From contig JBEUKZ010000071.1 of NCBI GenBank assembly GCA_048128005.1, forward strand, positions 1 to 64,000: a stretch of DNA of 64,000 nucleotides. Reading direction: 5' to 3'. The notes below the pieces were generated by a model. That model made no database searches and had not been told where the DNA came from. It saw only the letters and a list, made by a program, of their open reading frames with translations. Shown here one piece after another: positions 1 to 13,220 of this stretch (positions are counted from its first letter, which is position 1; every line of letters starts with the position of its first letter). The translations under genes were made by a program, and so were the position numbers. The stretch is from Veleropilina oligotropha (Eukaryota).

Positions 1-1996
1 ATACGCTCTTTTGTGCAATTGTTAATTCAGGCTGTTAAATTTGACCAATCACAGCATGCATTCTGACCAGAAGATTCCGTGAATTGTGACCGAGAGTAGA
101 TTTTACGATTAATTACCCTCATTGAAATAATGCGCAGGATTTATCGGAGATGACACTCCATCAGATATTCGCCAATAAATTGGTTTTAGCGTGTGCAGCG
201 AAGTATTTATCCTGCGGATTCATCTCGCAGGTACGTGGTATTGATCCTGTATTTATTAACACAGTTTTTCAATAAAAACGTCTGGTCGATCGCACGACAG
301 ATAGCGTTCATTATGCGAGGAGATGGGCCGATGCACGTTGATGGACGGCGTTAATGGGTCGAATATTGACCCGCTGGTTTCTCAAGGTTCGTCCAGTGCT
401 CTCGGTTATAAATATATATGGATAAGCACATGCACGGATACATATGGATACACGGCCCCAGATCCACCATTTAATAACATTCATTGAGTGAATAATATTT
501 AATGTCATTGTTAAAATTTTCAATATACAGTATGTATATATGCATCATTATATTTATATGCATAATTATATTTATATGCATAATTATATTTATATGCATA
601 ATTATATTTCATGCAAAAATTAGATATTAGTAGATAATAATATTCCACATCGAAAATTGTTATATTTAAATTGCTGCGCTCATTTTTACCTCATAGACAC
701 TCCATACAAATATTTAAAGGGAATCTATGCTCAGCCGGGCCATGGTTATTGACAGTATCTAGACGGGCTGATTGCGGCTCATTATATGTGCAGATGAATA
801 GCTGTTTGTTAGCTCTAGTTTTGATAGTGTAATACAAATTTTCTAATCATGCAAAATGTGTCATTTTTGTCTGTTGCTGGCTGTTGATGCCGTCTCCATG
901 GTAGCATACATTAGTTGTTGGTGATCTCTGTGTGTATAGTTGCTGTCTATAATTCGCAGATTAGCGCTATTTATAGACTGAAAGCCTGGATTCTTGATAC
1001 AGATAAAACAACATTGATTTAACATGGGAATAGATATCAAACAGAGTGATTTATAGATTCAGAATCTGTAAAAGTAGCAGAATAAATGTCCAAAGATGTT
1101 GAGCATAAACGGGTGCTGGTTTTTGGAGAGAAACTTGGTCAATGCGACTATGAAGAAATTATTGTGAAATAGGGGAAAGGAAACTGGATTGATGTCATAT
1201 GTAAACATCTATTGTATATCCAGCGGGGAGGAGGAGGGGGGGGGAGAGAATCGGTGTCAATCAAGGGGGACCTTGGACTTGAACGATTGAGGTATCTGGC
1301 AGACGCACATGTGCTTCGATGTGGGAGGAATCTAGGTGGCTCTGGGCACTGCACAAGCGAACTGAACCATACTGAATTTTCAAAATTACATACGTATGCG
1401 GATGGAACTCTATGCGAAGTGATACGAATTGGTACTCAAATTTTGTGTAGCAACAACCCTTTTCTATGCGATGCATCGATGAGCATTAAATATCCTTTGG
1501 TGTATCAAATCGTTAGTTTATTAGTGAGCTCTCTACTGTATAACTGGGGACAGATACCAGGGACTATAAGCCGTATATAAAACTAGGCAGTTCCGTTAAA
1601 TATTCCGTTATTATATATTTGCTGAAATAGTTTGTGTTCCTGCATGTGTACACTGTTAATTTGAAAGTCAGTATATCCTTGAATTTTTGAGTAAATGACA
1701 TGATTGTGATAGATGCCTTATAAATGTATGAATTGTCAAACGCCAGCAGAATCGAGTTATTGACGAGGCCGCGTCTGAATACTTTATGACTGGAGATTGG
1801 CTCCTAATCGACGATGTCTGCAATCTGTGTTTTTGATGATGACCTATCGATATCATCATGCCAAGACGGGTTCTGAATAACGTGGCGTGACCAGGAAGTA
1901 GGTCACTGGGTTAATTCACCGCCGCCCGGGCATCAGTGTAAACAATGCCGTTTCTTGACTACTGGAGCGCTGGTCTATCTTTGATCACTGCCTGGA

Positions 1997-2208
1997 GATG
2001 TTGGCCGGTGTGGCGGCCACTGAGGCACGCGCGAGCGGAGAGCCTCGATAGATCGCTCGCAGCACAATGAGATGTTGGCCGGTGTGGCGGCGGCACGCGC
2101 GAGCGGAGAGCCTCGATGAGATCGCTCGCAGCACAATGAGATGTTGGCCGGTGTGGCGGCGGCACGCGCGAGCGGAGAGCCTCGATGAGATCGCTCGCAG
2201 CACAATGA
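1997..2208. repeat. GC-rich ~69-bp tandem repeat x3
   Basis: gatgttggccggtgtggcgg...gatcgctcgcagcacaatga. Confidence 0.9.
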
Positions 2209-2909
2209 TGGTATGCATAATTAATGGGATATGTGGCTCTCGCTGGTCAGAGATTCCGACCTTTTTTAATGTATCTATGATGGAATGAAAGCAGGAAGTA
2301 TGGAATGCTACGCTGTTGCTTGCAAATAAGTTGAATGGCAAAGATGACTTATCGAATGAAGAAGCGAGCATTCAGTTCTAAAGTTCATTCATTGAATAAA
2401 TTACGGGCTACCAGAAAATGTGCTGAAATAAATGTAAATTACTGTATTGGTATTGCAGAATTTGTTTAGTAATTGCACCGACATAACAATATAAATTTAT
2501 AAGCTGATGATACTGTTAGGAAATAACTAGAAATATGAAGGATATGCTATGTATATTGCATGTAGTGTATTGACCCTGTTTAATCCGATCAGGGGCAGAT
2601 AATCCAATATGCGGACATATCACTGCTTCTAGCGCTAGTAACAGACGAGCTCGTCTTCAAGTTACCTTCAAATTTATGCAAACTGTAAAATTGTTAATTG
2701 TGCGAACAAGTCATGTGACCAGTGAATCCCGTTCTGTTTTCACAAACATAATGTGGTTTGTGTTGTGCTTGTTTTTATGCATTCGATCTTTCAGGTCATA
2801 TACATGTTCCTGCCATAATTAATAGTGTTTTCTTGACATTCAAATTATTTAGCGATCGGGCAGTCATGTGGTACATTGTCTTTTTGCAAAATTGGTTCAC
2901 AAACAAATC

Positions 2910-3430
2910 GTAGACTCTCCAGATGAACCAATCCTGATACACGTGTAGTCTAGACTCTCCAGATGAACCAATCCTGATACACGTGTAGTCTAGACTCTCC
3001 AGATGAACCAATCCTGGTATAAGTGTAGTCTAGACTCTCCAAATAACCAATCCTGATACACGTGTAGTCTAGACTATCCAGATGAACCGATCCTGATACA
3101 TGTGTAGTCTAGACTCTCCAGATGAACCAATCCTGATACACGTGTAGTCTAGACTCTCCAGATGAACCGATCCTGATACACGTGTAGTCTAGACTCTCCA
3201 GATGACCAATCCTGATACACGTGTAGTCTAGACTCTCCAGATGAACCAATCCTGATACACGTGTAGTCTAGACTCTCCAGATGAACCAATCCTGATACAC
3301 GTGTAGTCTAGACTCTCCAGATGAACCAATCCTGATACACGTGTAGTCTAGACTCTCCAGATGAACCAATCCTGATACACGTGTAATCTAGACTCTCCAG
3401 ATGAACCAATCCTGATACACGTGTAGTCTA
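2910..3430. repeat. 40-bp minisatellite, ~13 copies
   Basis: gtagtctagactctccagatgaaccaatcctgatacacgt. Confidence 0.97.
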
Positions 3431-3476
3431 TGTGCATAGGGCAATAAACTCAAAAATATTGGATGAAAATTGAAAA

Positions 3477-3764
3477 AGGAAAAGGAAAGGAAAGAATCTA
3501 TGCTTAATGTCCTGTATATTTTCCTGTATATTTTCAACTGTCATTAGATTAAAGCAGGACATGTCCAAAATATCGCGGGAGGAAAGCCCTGTTACAGGTG
3601 GGAATCCGCTCCTCCAGTTACGGACAACTGAACTGTGACTCGTAACTGGAACAAATGATGTGATGTTTCAACCGAGGTTCGAACCCACTACTGTTCGTGG
3701 CAGCGGAATGAAGCCAGTGATTTTCGGATTCTCAACCGAAACTACACTAGACTGTTGGAGCGGC
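3477..3764 (-). mobile_element. tRNA-derived SINE, family A (Meta-domain-like)
   Basis: B-box GGTTCGAACC; homologous to the other copies; 18-bp TSD ttggatgaaaattgaaaa (3459-3476 / 3765-3782). Confidence 0.85.
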
Positions 3765-3835
3765 TTGGATGAAAATTGAAAATAATTACCTCATTTATAA
3801 AAAATTATCTAATTTTGAAATGTTTTCCCTTTCAG

Positions 3836-3890
3836 TTTTTTAGATCGGGTTCACACAATACAGCAACAAGATTATACACCAACAGAGCAG
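3836..3890 (+). CDS. GNAS: G-protein alpha-s subunit, coding exon (equivalent to vertebrate GNAS exon 7)
   Basis: tttcag| ... |gtgaga splice sites; 55 nt encoding (Y)FLDRVHTIQQQDYTPTEQ, the G-alpha helical-domain/linker segment; phase matches the next exon. Upstream exons lie outside the window. Confidence 0.92.
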
Positions 3891-4563
3891 GTGAGAGCTT
3901 TTATATGTTGACTGTCTTGATGTGACGAATTCTGATTTGGTTCTTAGAATGTTTTTTCCTTGATTTTGTCTCGATTCTTTTGCTGGAAACTCTAATATCA
4001 TTTTAACAAACTTGCAATCAAAGACTAATTATCCCCTGCAAAAAATATTTTGAGGGGATATTAAAATGCAGACCGTCCGTCCGTGCAAATTATCTTTTCC
4101 GGAGCATATCTCATAAACCACGTGACATAACTTTTCGAAATTTCTTGGGTGTATTAAGTACTCTGTGAACTGGTGCCTTTTGCTAGTTTCGAAACCGCTC
4201 GGCATAACTTTATGCAATTTGGTGTCTTTTATAAGCAGTTATTGAACTGGTGCCTTTCGTTAATTTCGACGTACGTCAAATATTCACAGAGTTATTTCCC
4301 TTGCTTTAATTTTGTCATTCCCGACTATATCTCATACAATGCTTGACTTATCATTACGAAACTTGCTGGGTGTATTCAATAGATGGTTAACTGCATGGTG
4401 CCTTTTCATAATTATTTTAACGTGGCATCATGATTAATGACAGAGTTATTGCCCTTGTTATTTAACGTAACTATATATGTAGTTACAAACTTACTTACGT
4501 CCTTACTCTTGCCATAATAGTCATATTATCGCCAACCGGAAACAGTGAATAATGTCACATTAA

Positions 4564-4878
4564 TAATAATAATAATACTCCGGTCTTATATAGCGCATTA
4601 TTACGCTAGTGTCTCAATGCGCTGAACATTATTACCCCTGGTTATGGGCCTTTTCCACTCGATATGCCATCTCAACTCCCTCTGGGAGCATTACAGTCAT
4701 TTACACGCGGGTAGCGCCGTGACTTACATAACTGCCAACCAGGTACCCATTCAGATCGGCTGGGTGGACCGAGGCAAATATATGCTTATTTCCTTGCCCA
4801 AGTGAAATCGTCGAGCCTTGGGGGCGAACTCGAGACTCTGTGACCAGAGTCCTGTGAACAACCCACTGAGCCACGACG
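4564..4878 (-). mobile_element. tRNA-derived SINE (Deu/Nin-domain-like) inserted in the DIRS left ITR
   Basis: Minus strand: A-box TGGCTCAGTGG, B-box-like GAGTTCGCCCC, central CTCGGTCCACCCAGC...AATGGGTACC, tail gcgctatataagacc..(tat)n; absent from the right ITR. Confidence 0.8.
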
Positions 4879-5771
4879 GCACTTATTAAGTCAAAACGTA
4901 CCACGATTACCTCCCCTGCTCCCGCTCTCTAAGTTCCCCCGGCGAGATCTCGCCAAGTCCCGCGAGATATCTGAGCTCGAGATCACAAGACCTCAATTCA
5001 AAGTTTTCCGCCGAGACGGAAAGACGTGTTTTTTGCTCCGCAAATATTTCGAAATGTCCGCCGATTTATACGTTAAATCGAGGACGCTATAATTCTTATA
5101 TATTAATATATAAGTTGTGGAATATACCCTGTGTTGTGGATATCTAAAACACAAGTGAATATAGGAAGATTGTGATTCTAAACTTCGAGAAGTTCTGAAA
5201 ATCAAGTGAAACCGACATCGCCGCTGTTGCAGGGAAAAGCATGGCCGCTCAGAGGGGAAGTTTCGTGTAATAAGAAGAAATTTCTGGTCGGTATTTTTAT
5301 CTGATATTGTTTGAGACTGCAAACAGGTAACTCATTATATTGGATAATTCCTTAACGACGCTATTGCTGGTTATTATTGTATAAAAATTCTAGCGTCGTT
5401 AATAGGCAGGATCGTTTAGATATCACGCTTGCGTTTTTCTGTTATCCTGCCGTTTCTGGGATAATACACAATTGTACTAACATAAAAACATCCACGAGGT
5501 TTTCAGGTGTTTTTCTGGGCGGTTTTTTCTAAGAGAGAACCCCCGTTTGTTCTAGTCAATTTGCCGGGTTTTTTACCGGGTCGTGCCGGGTAAGTACCCG
5601 GCCTCGGTGTTCCCAGTTCGGGTTTTTTTTGCGGTATATCGCCTGATCTTTGATCTTCAGATCAGGGCAATTTTAAGAGTTGTCGTAGTAAATAGTCACA
5701 ACTACCAAATATATACTTTTAACTACCCCGTTCCGCCCACTACTACCCTCCCGTGTATTCAGGGAGAGGAA

Positions 5772-7950
5772 AGTATGGTCCGGTGCAACTCCGGGTGAAC
5801 CCGAAGTTTCACGGATTTCTAGGCGCACGGAATGCCGTGTTCACCGTAACTGACAGTAAGTCTTATAAATGTGAACTGTGCCTAGATTTTAACAGCAGGC
5901 AGTGGGCGATCGTATATCCACCGATGAAGGCGACCAGTGCGGTTACCACGGTGGGTTCTCCCCCGAGAATGGACAAAATGGTAGGTTAAAGGGAATTAAC
6001 GTTTTTTTGTCTACTTCGGGCCGCTGGACGACCGTCGACCTTAAAAGGGGCCGTCTGTCGCCGGATCTACCGGCGTAACCTCCGCGACTCATAAGGGAGT
6101 CGCCGTAACCTTGCCGGGACCCTAGATTCAGGTAGGAGCCCGAGTGCTGTTCGATCCTCCTAAAACGGGCCTAGTAACTGCAGCCAACCATACCTTGCCG
6201 GCTAGCAAGGTATATCTGGCAACGCAGCGAACCGCTGAACAGGGCAGACATTCCCCATCCTTTTCTTCGGCCTCGAAGAATAGGGGACAGTTAGTCCTTC
6301 TGCGGGAAACTCTCCGTCTAGCGACGGGGACAGACTCAATGCAGAGAAAGCCTTTAAAGAGGCCGGACACCATTACGATGGTCTAAGATCCGGACAATTG
6401 GCGACACCTGAATCCTTCGAGACCGACGCGACTACCCCTAAGGGTTTTCCGCTCAACCTCGATGCTCACGAGCTTTTCAGAGGGCCCGTTCTCTCCCGTG
6501 CACCCACGATGGTCACGCTAGAGAACGTGGACAGACCGGCTGCGTTCGGTGAGGGGTTCTACGGCGGTTTTCCGACCGTGCCTCTCGCGAACAGAGTGGT
6601 AGACCGATACGGACTGTTGCCGCAGTCCTACCGGTCGTCCGGCCCACCGAACGCGCCTCCGGGCCGTTCTTTCGGGTTCGACCACTCGACAAGTGTCCAG
6701 AGACCCTAAAAAAAGGGTTCTCGGCTACACCTGTCCATGCAGCCCGTCTACCTAGCGCCACGGTGACTTCGACCGAACTACCGGCTGTTAGTTCGACGCC
6801 CGTCATGCCTCCGGGTTTCTCTTTGGAGAACGTCCAGGCTATGTTCGCGGCGGAGTTAGAGTCCCGATGTCGGGCCTGGCAACCGGTTTCCTAGCCGCTC
6901 CAGGTACCTACACCTCTGCCTGTGGCGCAGAGCACGGCTCCTGCCTCCGTGGTGGGGATCGAACCTCGTTCCGACGAGGACCTCGACTCCACTCACTCCG
7001 ACCTCCCTGTATCGGTCGGGCCCGAAGACGCTGGTAGTCTTCCAGGCACGCAGGAGCCGACCTCCACCACCCGCCGAACTCGACGCTGTTGCGTCACTTC
7101 GCGGGGTGCTTGACCGGCCGGAACCGACTCGGTCGTATGTAGGCCCGGTCAAGCACAGGACGGCGGCGCATCGGTTTGTTGAGAAGGAAGCCCCCTTGCT
7201 TCCTTCCTTACCTCAGTCTGGGCTGGTTGATCGGGTGTTGACTCGACAACCAAGCTCAGTCGGGGGCGCAATCCGGTGGAGTCCTCCCCACTGTCCGAGT
7301 ACCCTTCGGGGTTCCGTAGTTGGAGGTACCTCCGGGCCAGTTCGCGTTCGATCCCGTTCGCATGTACTGGTCCGTGCCTGGCGACTGAGCCGGCTCGTGT
7401 TGACGCAGCGTTGCGTTGACTGACCGCCAGTCACACTCCCTCTGTAGCGAGAGTTCCTGGGTTCGCCATGGAAGCTTTCGAGAGCTCCGCCCGATGGGCT
7501 CTGCGGCCGTCGTCCGTTCAGGATTTTTCCTAGACGGGACGATAGCCGTATTACAGGAGGATGGACCCGGCGCCCGTGGGCTGCCCTGTCCTTCCTCCAG
7601 GAGGTTGCTGCCGTTATGGAGACCAACACGTTGGAGACGGGACGTGTCCTGGGTAACACCTACTTCGTAGGGCCGCTTGCCTGATAGACACCTCGCTAGA
7701 TGAGGCCACCCGGCGCTCATTGCGATGCGTGCCTTGCTCGGCCACCACTCTATTTGGCGACGATTTCACGGAATTCGTCGACAGAGAGCGGCGGACCTGA
7801 CGGACTGTACCATCGAGTAGCCGGTGCTGCACCCCCCGGGGGTCCACCCGCCGACTTGAGGAAGCATTCAGGGCCCACCCGGACCCCGAAGCCTTCCAAG
7901 CGTGCATGGCCCTCTTCTGGTGGTAGGCCCCCGGCCATTAACCCACTCCG
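5772..7950 (+). pseudogene. DIRS gag-like ORF1 remnant
   Basis: Cys/His-rich N-terminal fragments (MVRCNSG..., KCELCLDF) followed by Pro/Ser/Thr-rich fragments broken by stops and frameshifts; lies upstream of RT. Confidence 0.55.
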
Positions 7951-8129
7951 AAGAGGCAAGCACCTCCAACAAGCTCCCGTCAGAGCGGGAGAGGGAAGCC
8001 TCGGCCCTAGGGCTGCCGGCACACACGACAGTCCCAGCTGCCTGCTTCCGCCGGTGGAAGCGTATCTGTTAGCGTACAGCCAGCCGTGGCTAGACTACCA
8101 GACAGTAGCTGGGTCCCTCCGTCGTGAGT

Positions 8130-9527
8130 GCCGGATACAAGTTGGTTCAACCGGCATCCGACCCTAAACGAGGCACCACCACCAAGACACGCTCGCCTCC
8201 TAAACGGAGAGAAGCGAGCGGTCTTAGACCAGGCAGTGCGGGACCTACTCCTCCAGGAGCAATATATCCCGCGCCGCCCAGCACACCAGGATAATACAGC
8301 CATTTCTTCCTGGTCCCGAATCCCGATGGCCGCTAGCGACCGATCTTCGATCTCTCGTATCTCAACTAATATCTTCGTACCGAGAGATTCCAGCAGGAAA
8401 CCCTCTCGAAGATACGAGCGGCCATCCGTCCGGGCGACTGGGCAGCGTCTATCGATCTGACCGACGCGTATCTGCATGTCCCGATGCATATCACGGCTCA
8501 TCAGTACCTTCGGTTTATACACGGGGAGACGATCTACCAATTCAGGTGCCTACCGTTCGGTCTATCGTCAGCCCCTTACATTTTCACGAGAACAGTACAG
8601 GCCCTAGGGGCCTTCCTACACTCTCTAGGGCACAGGGTACATATGTACCTCGACGACTGGCTGATCCTCGGGGCGTCCCGAGATCTGTGCCTCCGGTCTA
8701 CGAGCTTTACCCTGTCATCGACGAAGCGCCTGGGATTTCAGATCGAGACAAAATCCTGCTTCGTGCCCTCGACGACGTTTACGTTCCTCGGAGTCGACTT
8801 CGATACGGTCCGGTACACCGCGAAGACGACCCAGAAACGTATGCGGAACCTACGCGCGGTTATCCAAGACACCCTGTCATCGGACATAACTACGGCGCGA
8901 CAACTGGCCACTGTCCTGGGGCACATCGAGTCGGTAGCGACCCTGCTACCGACGGGTCACATGGACAAACGACCGTTACAACAGGCGTTCAGGGATCGCT
9001 GGATACAACGGACGGGGCAGTGGACGGATCGCATCGATCTTCGGCATTGGTTTACCAACACAACAGCAGTGTGGTTGAACCCTGCTTTGCCGGACCAATC
9101 GGTTCCTATATCCCCGCCAGAGCCGAACGCTTACCTGTTCACAGACGCTTCGAACGACGGCTGGGGTGGTCACCTCGACAGTTACGAGACATCGGGCCTA
9201 TGGCCGACGGACCTTCAGGGACGACACATCAACTTCCTAGAGTTAGAAGCCGTCTACCTGTCAGTACGGTCCCTCTCATCTCATCTCCGCAACAAGCACA
9301 TAATGCTCGCCACGGACAACACGACTGTCGTCGCTTACATCCAGCACCAGGGCGGCACTCGCTCGCTTCCCCTTTGCGACCGAGCATTAGACCTACACCG
9401 CCTAGTGATGTCCCTCATCTCGACGATTCGAGCCCGACACATCCCGGGAAAGCTGAATGTCAGAGCGGTCTCGCTCTTTCGGAAATCACAGATATTACAC
9501 ACAGAGTGGAGCTACACAGCCGAGTAG
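8130..9527 (+). pseudogene. DIRS reverse transcriptase / RNase H
   Basis: GDWAASIDLTDAYLHVP, YQFRCLPFGLSSAP, YLDDWLI (RT); LFTDASNDGWGG, HINFLELEAV, TDNTT, HIPGKLNV (RNase H). The N-terminus is frameshifted and the last RNase H Asp appears replaced (NVRAVSL). Confidence 0.93.
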
Positions 9528-9925
9528 CTCGGGACGTTTGTCGCCGGTGGTCACAACCCCGAGTCGATCTGTTTGCAACAGAATTTAATTACCGACTACC
9601 TCTGTATGTCTCCCCGTACCCGGACCCGGCCGCCCTAGCGGTCGCCGCACTGTCAATGACATGGGAGAATCTGTCCGCGTATGCCTTCCCCCCGTCGTGC
9701 ATTCTAACACTGGTATTACAGAAGGCATCGAACGAACGTTGCAGATAACGCTAATCGCGCCCCTATATCGCACGCAACCTTGGTTTCCGACCCTCCTCGA
9801 TCTGATCGTCGACCGACCGTTATCGCTCCCGCAGAGACCGGGCCGGTTACTGCAGGCGCGCAGCCGTGTATTTCAACATCGCCGAACGACTTACGTTTAC
9901 ACGCCTGGCGGTTATCGAACGATCC
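9490..9925 (+). pseudogene. DIRS DNA adenine-methyltransferase-like domain remnant
   Basis: PRVDLFAT...WENLSAYAFPP, then LIAPLYRTQPWF and LHAWRLS, spread over different frames. Confidence 0.8.
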
Positions 9926-10780
9926 CTTGCTACGAAAGGAATTTCTCGCGCAACAGCCCTACGCATCTCCCGATCGAGAAGGCTTTCCACGACTAAAGTT
10001 TATGACTACCGATGGGTTAAGTACGTGGATTGGTGTCACAGCCGGCCGGTCAATATACTCCGCCCCCCCTGTGAACAAGTTTATTGAGTTTTTATCGTCG
10101 CTCTTTGAACGCGGTATGTCAGTGTCCGCCGTCAAAGCTATCGGGCAACGGTCGCGAGTGCCGTGCCCGTGGTAGCCTACCTAGCGACCGAATGATTTGG
10201 ATTTCTGCGATCCTTCGAACTCAAAATTTCGACCCGTACGATACGGCCAGCCTGAAACATCGCTCTCATTTCTTAACGCTCTCTTTCTACCCGTACTAGC
10301 CTATGGGCCCGACCTCTATGAGGAACTTAACGCACAAAACAGTTTTTTCTGATCGCCTTAGCGTCGGGCAGGCGTTGTTCCGTATTTCATAGTCTATCCG
10401 CAGAGCTACGAGACGTTCGTTTCCAGTCGACGGGTCGGTGATGCGGCATCATATCTTGGGTTTCCTCGCCAAGAATCTACGGCCGAACGAAGACGCACCC
10501 GATGTCGTTATCCCCAAGCTTTACGCTGGTCAGAGACCCGATGTGGACCGATGTACCTGTCATATGCGTGCCTACGTTATTCCTCGACAGGATCCGTGTT
10601 ACGCGGCAGGGAAAACTACTTATATTTTATTCGTATTTACCTTGTTATATCCGCGACATTACGTAGACTACTGTTTCGCGGAGGTTTTCACAGGTAGTGA
10701 GAGACTACTCTCGCTGTGAAAAGTAGGCCGCACGCACTGTTGTATCGATCCGCGCGCACGAGGTCCGTGTTTTCGCAGAT
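9920..10780 (+). pseudogene. DIRS tyrosine recombinase remnant (truncated)
   Basis: STTKVYDYRW, LTHKTVF/LIALASGRRCS, FLAKN and RAHEVR fragments; frameshifted and cut off by AT-rich sequence. Confidence 0.82.
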
Positions 10781-12171
10781 TCACATCTCAGCGTTGCTTG
10801 TCAAAATGTCTTTATTAAGCCTTTTCTGGGGATTATTCCATGCGGCTGATGGATTGTGCAGTCTACATAGTAACTGCTCAACGATGTATTGTTAGACAGA
10901 GGTCGTCTAATCAGTGAGTATTGTATCTTGATTGATCAATTTACATAATTTTTGCTGACGCAATTTTATTTGTTGGCCTAGCTGTTCTATGAAATAGACA
11001 CATATGAGGCTATTCAATGTCTGTTCATTTCTTAAAAACATTTTAAGATTTTGTACTTCATGTCATACCTGAGTATCTTGACAAACCAGATTACATTGAA
11101 TTTAATAAAACAACTATATTGCGAAAATCTTAAAGGATTTGAGGTTCAATATTATTGATGTTCCATGCTGTAATCGAACATACGATGTTCAATACATTGA
11201 AAATTTTTTAATATTTGCTTCCTTAAAATTTATTTTAAGTAACATGTCGTACATATTTGCTTCCTTAAAAATTTATTTTAAGTGACATATCGTACATGTT
11301 AGCGTTTCGCAAGTTGGTCATGCGAATCAATTATTAATATCGATTATTTATTTAATCTATTAATTCTTTGCTTTTGATTTCACGCTTTCACAACCTATTA
11401 GGTTCCGTGTGCTTACAAATCCGACTGCATCCTCTGGCTACCGGCCTTTGGCCAGGAGTACCATTTGGCTGCCACTGACCCATGACACGTAAGACCTACA
11501 GGGATTCATCCTTCCGGCCGTGCCTGGGGCTGATTGCACTTCCGTTCACCTCGTCCGACTAACACCACGGCGTATTCTCCCGGTAACACTGGTCGAAATT
11601 CTCGCTTGGTAAGAGTTGAATATAATTCTCAGTAAATTCCACTCTGGGCGGACACAATCGACGCTTCGAGCTGATTGAAATGGTGACAAGTAAGTCATTA
11701 TCTTGTTTGGGTTGTTGTAAGGAACTTCTTACCCACCTATCCAAGGTTATTCTGGCAAGAGTAAGGACGTAAGTAAGTTTGTAACTACATATGAGGTTTT
11801 TAAGTAAACCTAATATTAGTTAAAACATACTTACGTCCTTACCACGATTACCCACCCTGCGTTTCGCATTCCTCCCCTCTACTAAGTTCCTTTGGGGTTC
11901 TGAACTTTGAATTGAGGTCTTGTGATCTCGAGCTCGGATATCTCGCGGGACTTTATCTCGCCGGGGGAACTTAGAGAGCGGGAGCAGGGGAGGTAATCGT
12001 GGTACGTTTTGACTTAATAAGTGCTTAATGTGACATTATTCACTGTTTCCGGTTGGCGATAATATGACTATTATGGCAAGAGTAAGGACGTAAGTATGTT
12101 TTAACTAATATTAGGTTTACTTAAAAACCTCATTTTTTCAAGAACATACAGCATATAGTAATTGTGAATGT

Positions 12172-13220
12172 ACCATTGCGGGGGATATTGATGGCTCTGT
12201 CTTGTTACCATTGCCGGGGATATTGATGGCTCTGTCTTCTTGTTACCATGGCTCTGTCTTCTTGTTACCATTGCCGGGGATATTGATGGCTCTGTCTTCT
12301 TGTTACCATGGCTCTGTCTTCTTGTTACCATTGCGGGGGATATTGATGGCTCTGTCTTCTTGTTACCATTGCCGGGGATATTGATGACTCTGCCTTCTTG
12401 TTACCATTGCGGGGGATATTGATGGCTCTGTCTTCTTGTTACCATGGCTCTGTCTTCTTGTTACCATTGCGGGGGATATTGATGGCTCTGTCTTCTTGTT
12501 ACCATTGCCGGGGATATTGATGGCTCTGCCTTCTTGTTACCATTGCGGGGGATATTGATGGCTCTGTCTTCTTGTTACCATTGCGGGGGCTGTTGATGGC
12601 TCTGTCTTCTTGTTACCATTGCGGGGGATATTGATGGCTCTGTCTTCTTGTTACCATTGCGGGGGATATTGATGGCTCTGTCTTCTTGTTACCGTTGCGG
12701 GGGATATTGATGGCTCTGTCTTCTTGTTACCATTGCGGGGGATATTGATGGCTCTGTCTTCTTGTTACCATTGCGGGGGATATTGATGGCTCTGTCTTCT
12801 TGTTACCATTGGGGGGATATTAATGGCTTTGTCTTCTTGTTACCATTGCGGGGGATATTGATGGCTCTGTCTTCTTGTTACCATTGCGGGGGATATTGAT
12901 GGCTCTGTCTTCTTGTTACCATTGCGGGGGATATTGATGGCTCTGTCTTCTTGTTACCATTGGGGGGATATTGATGGCTTTGTCTTCTTGTTACCATTGC
13001 GGGGGATATTGATGGCTCTGTCTTCTTGTTACCATTACGGGGGATATTGATGGCTCTGTCTTCTTGTTACCATTGCGGGGGATATTGATGGCTTTGTCTT
13101 CTTGTTACCATTGCGGGGGATATTGATGGCTCTGTCTTCTTGTTACCATTGCGGGGGATATTGATGGTTTTGTCTTCTTGTTACCATTGCAGGGGATATT
13201 GATGGCTTTGTCTTCTTGTT
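12172..13220. repeat. 38-bp minisatellite derived from a HINE 3' end, ~27 copies
   Basis: accattgcgggggatattgatggctctgtcttcttgtt. Confidence 0.97.

Larger units (their letters stand above)
4475..12133 (+). mobile_element. DIRS1-type tyrosine-recombinase retrotransposon, full-length structure, degenerate ORFs
   Basis: Inverted terminal repeats 4475-5005 and 11903-12133; internal complementary region (ICR) 11753-11842; gag-like, RT, RNase H, methyltransferase-like and YR remnants in the canonical order; GC-rich body. Confidence 0.95.

Noticed and set aside
1..3835. Upstream G-alpha-s exon (exon 6 equivalent, ERSNEYQLID)
   Set aside because: Not found by eye in this interval; it presumably lies before the window.
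8546..9748. 400-aa independent gene overlapping RT
   Set aside because: Alternative frame of the DIRS pol region; only its end carries the frameshifted methyltransferase-like domain.
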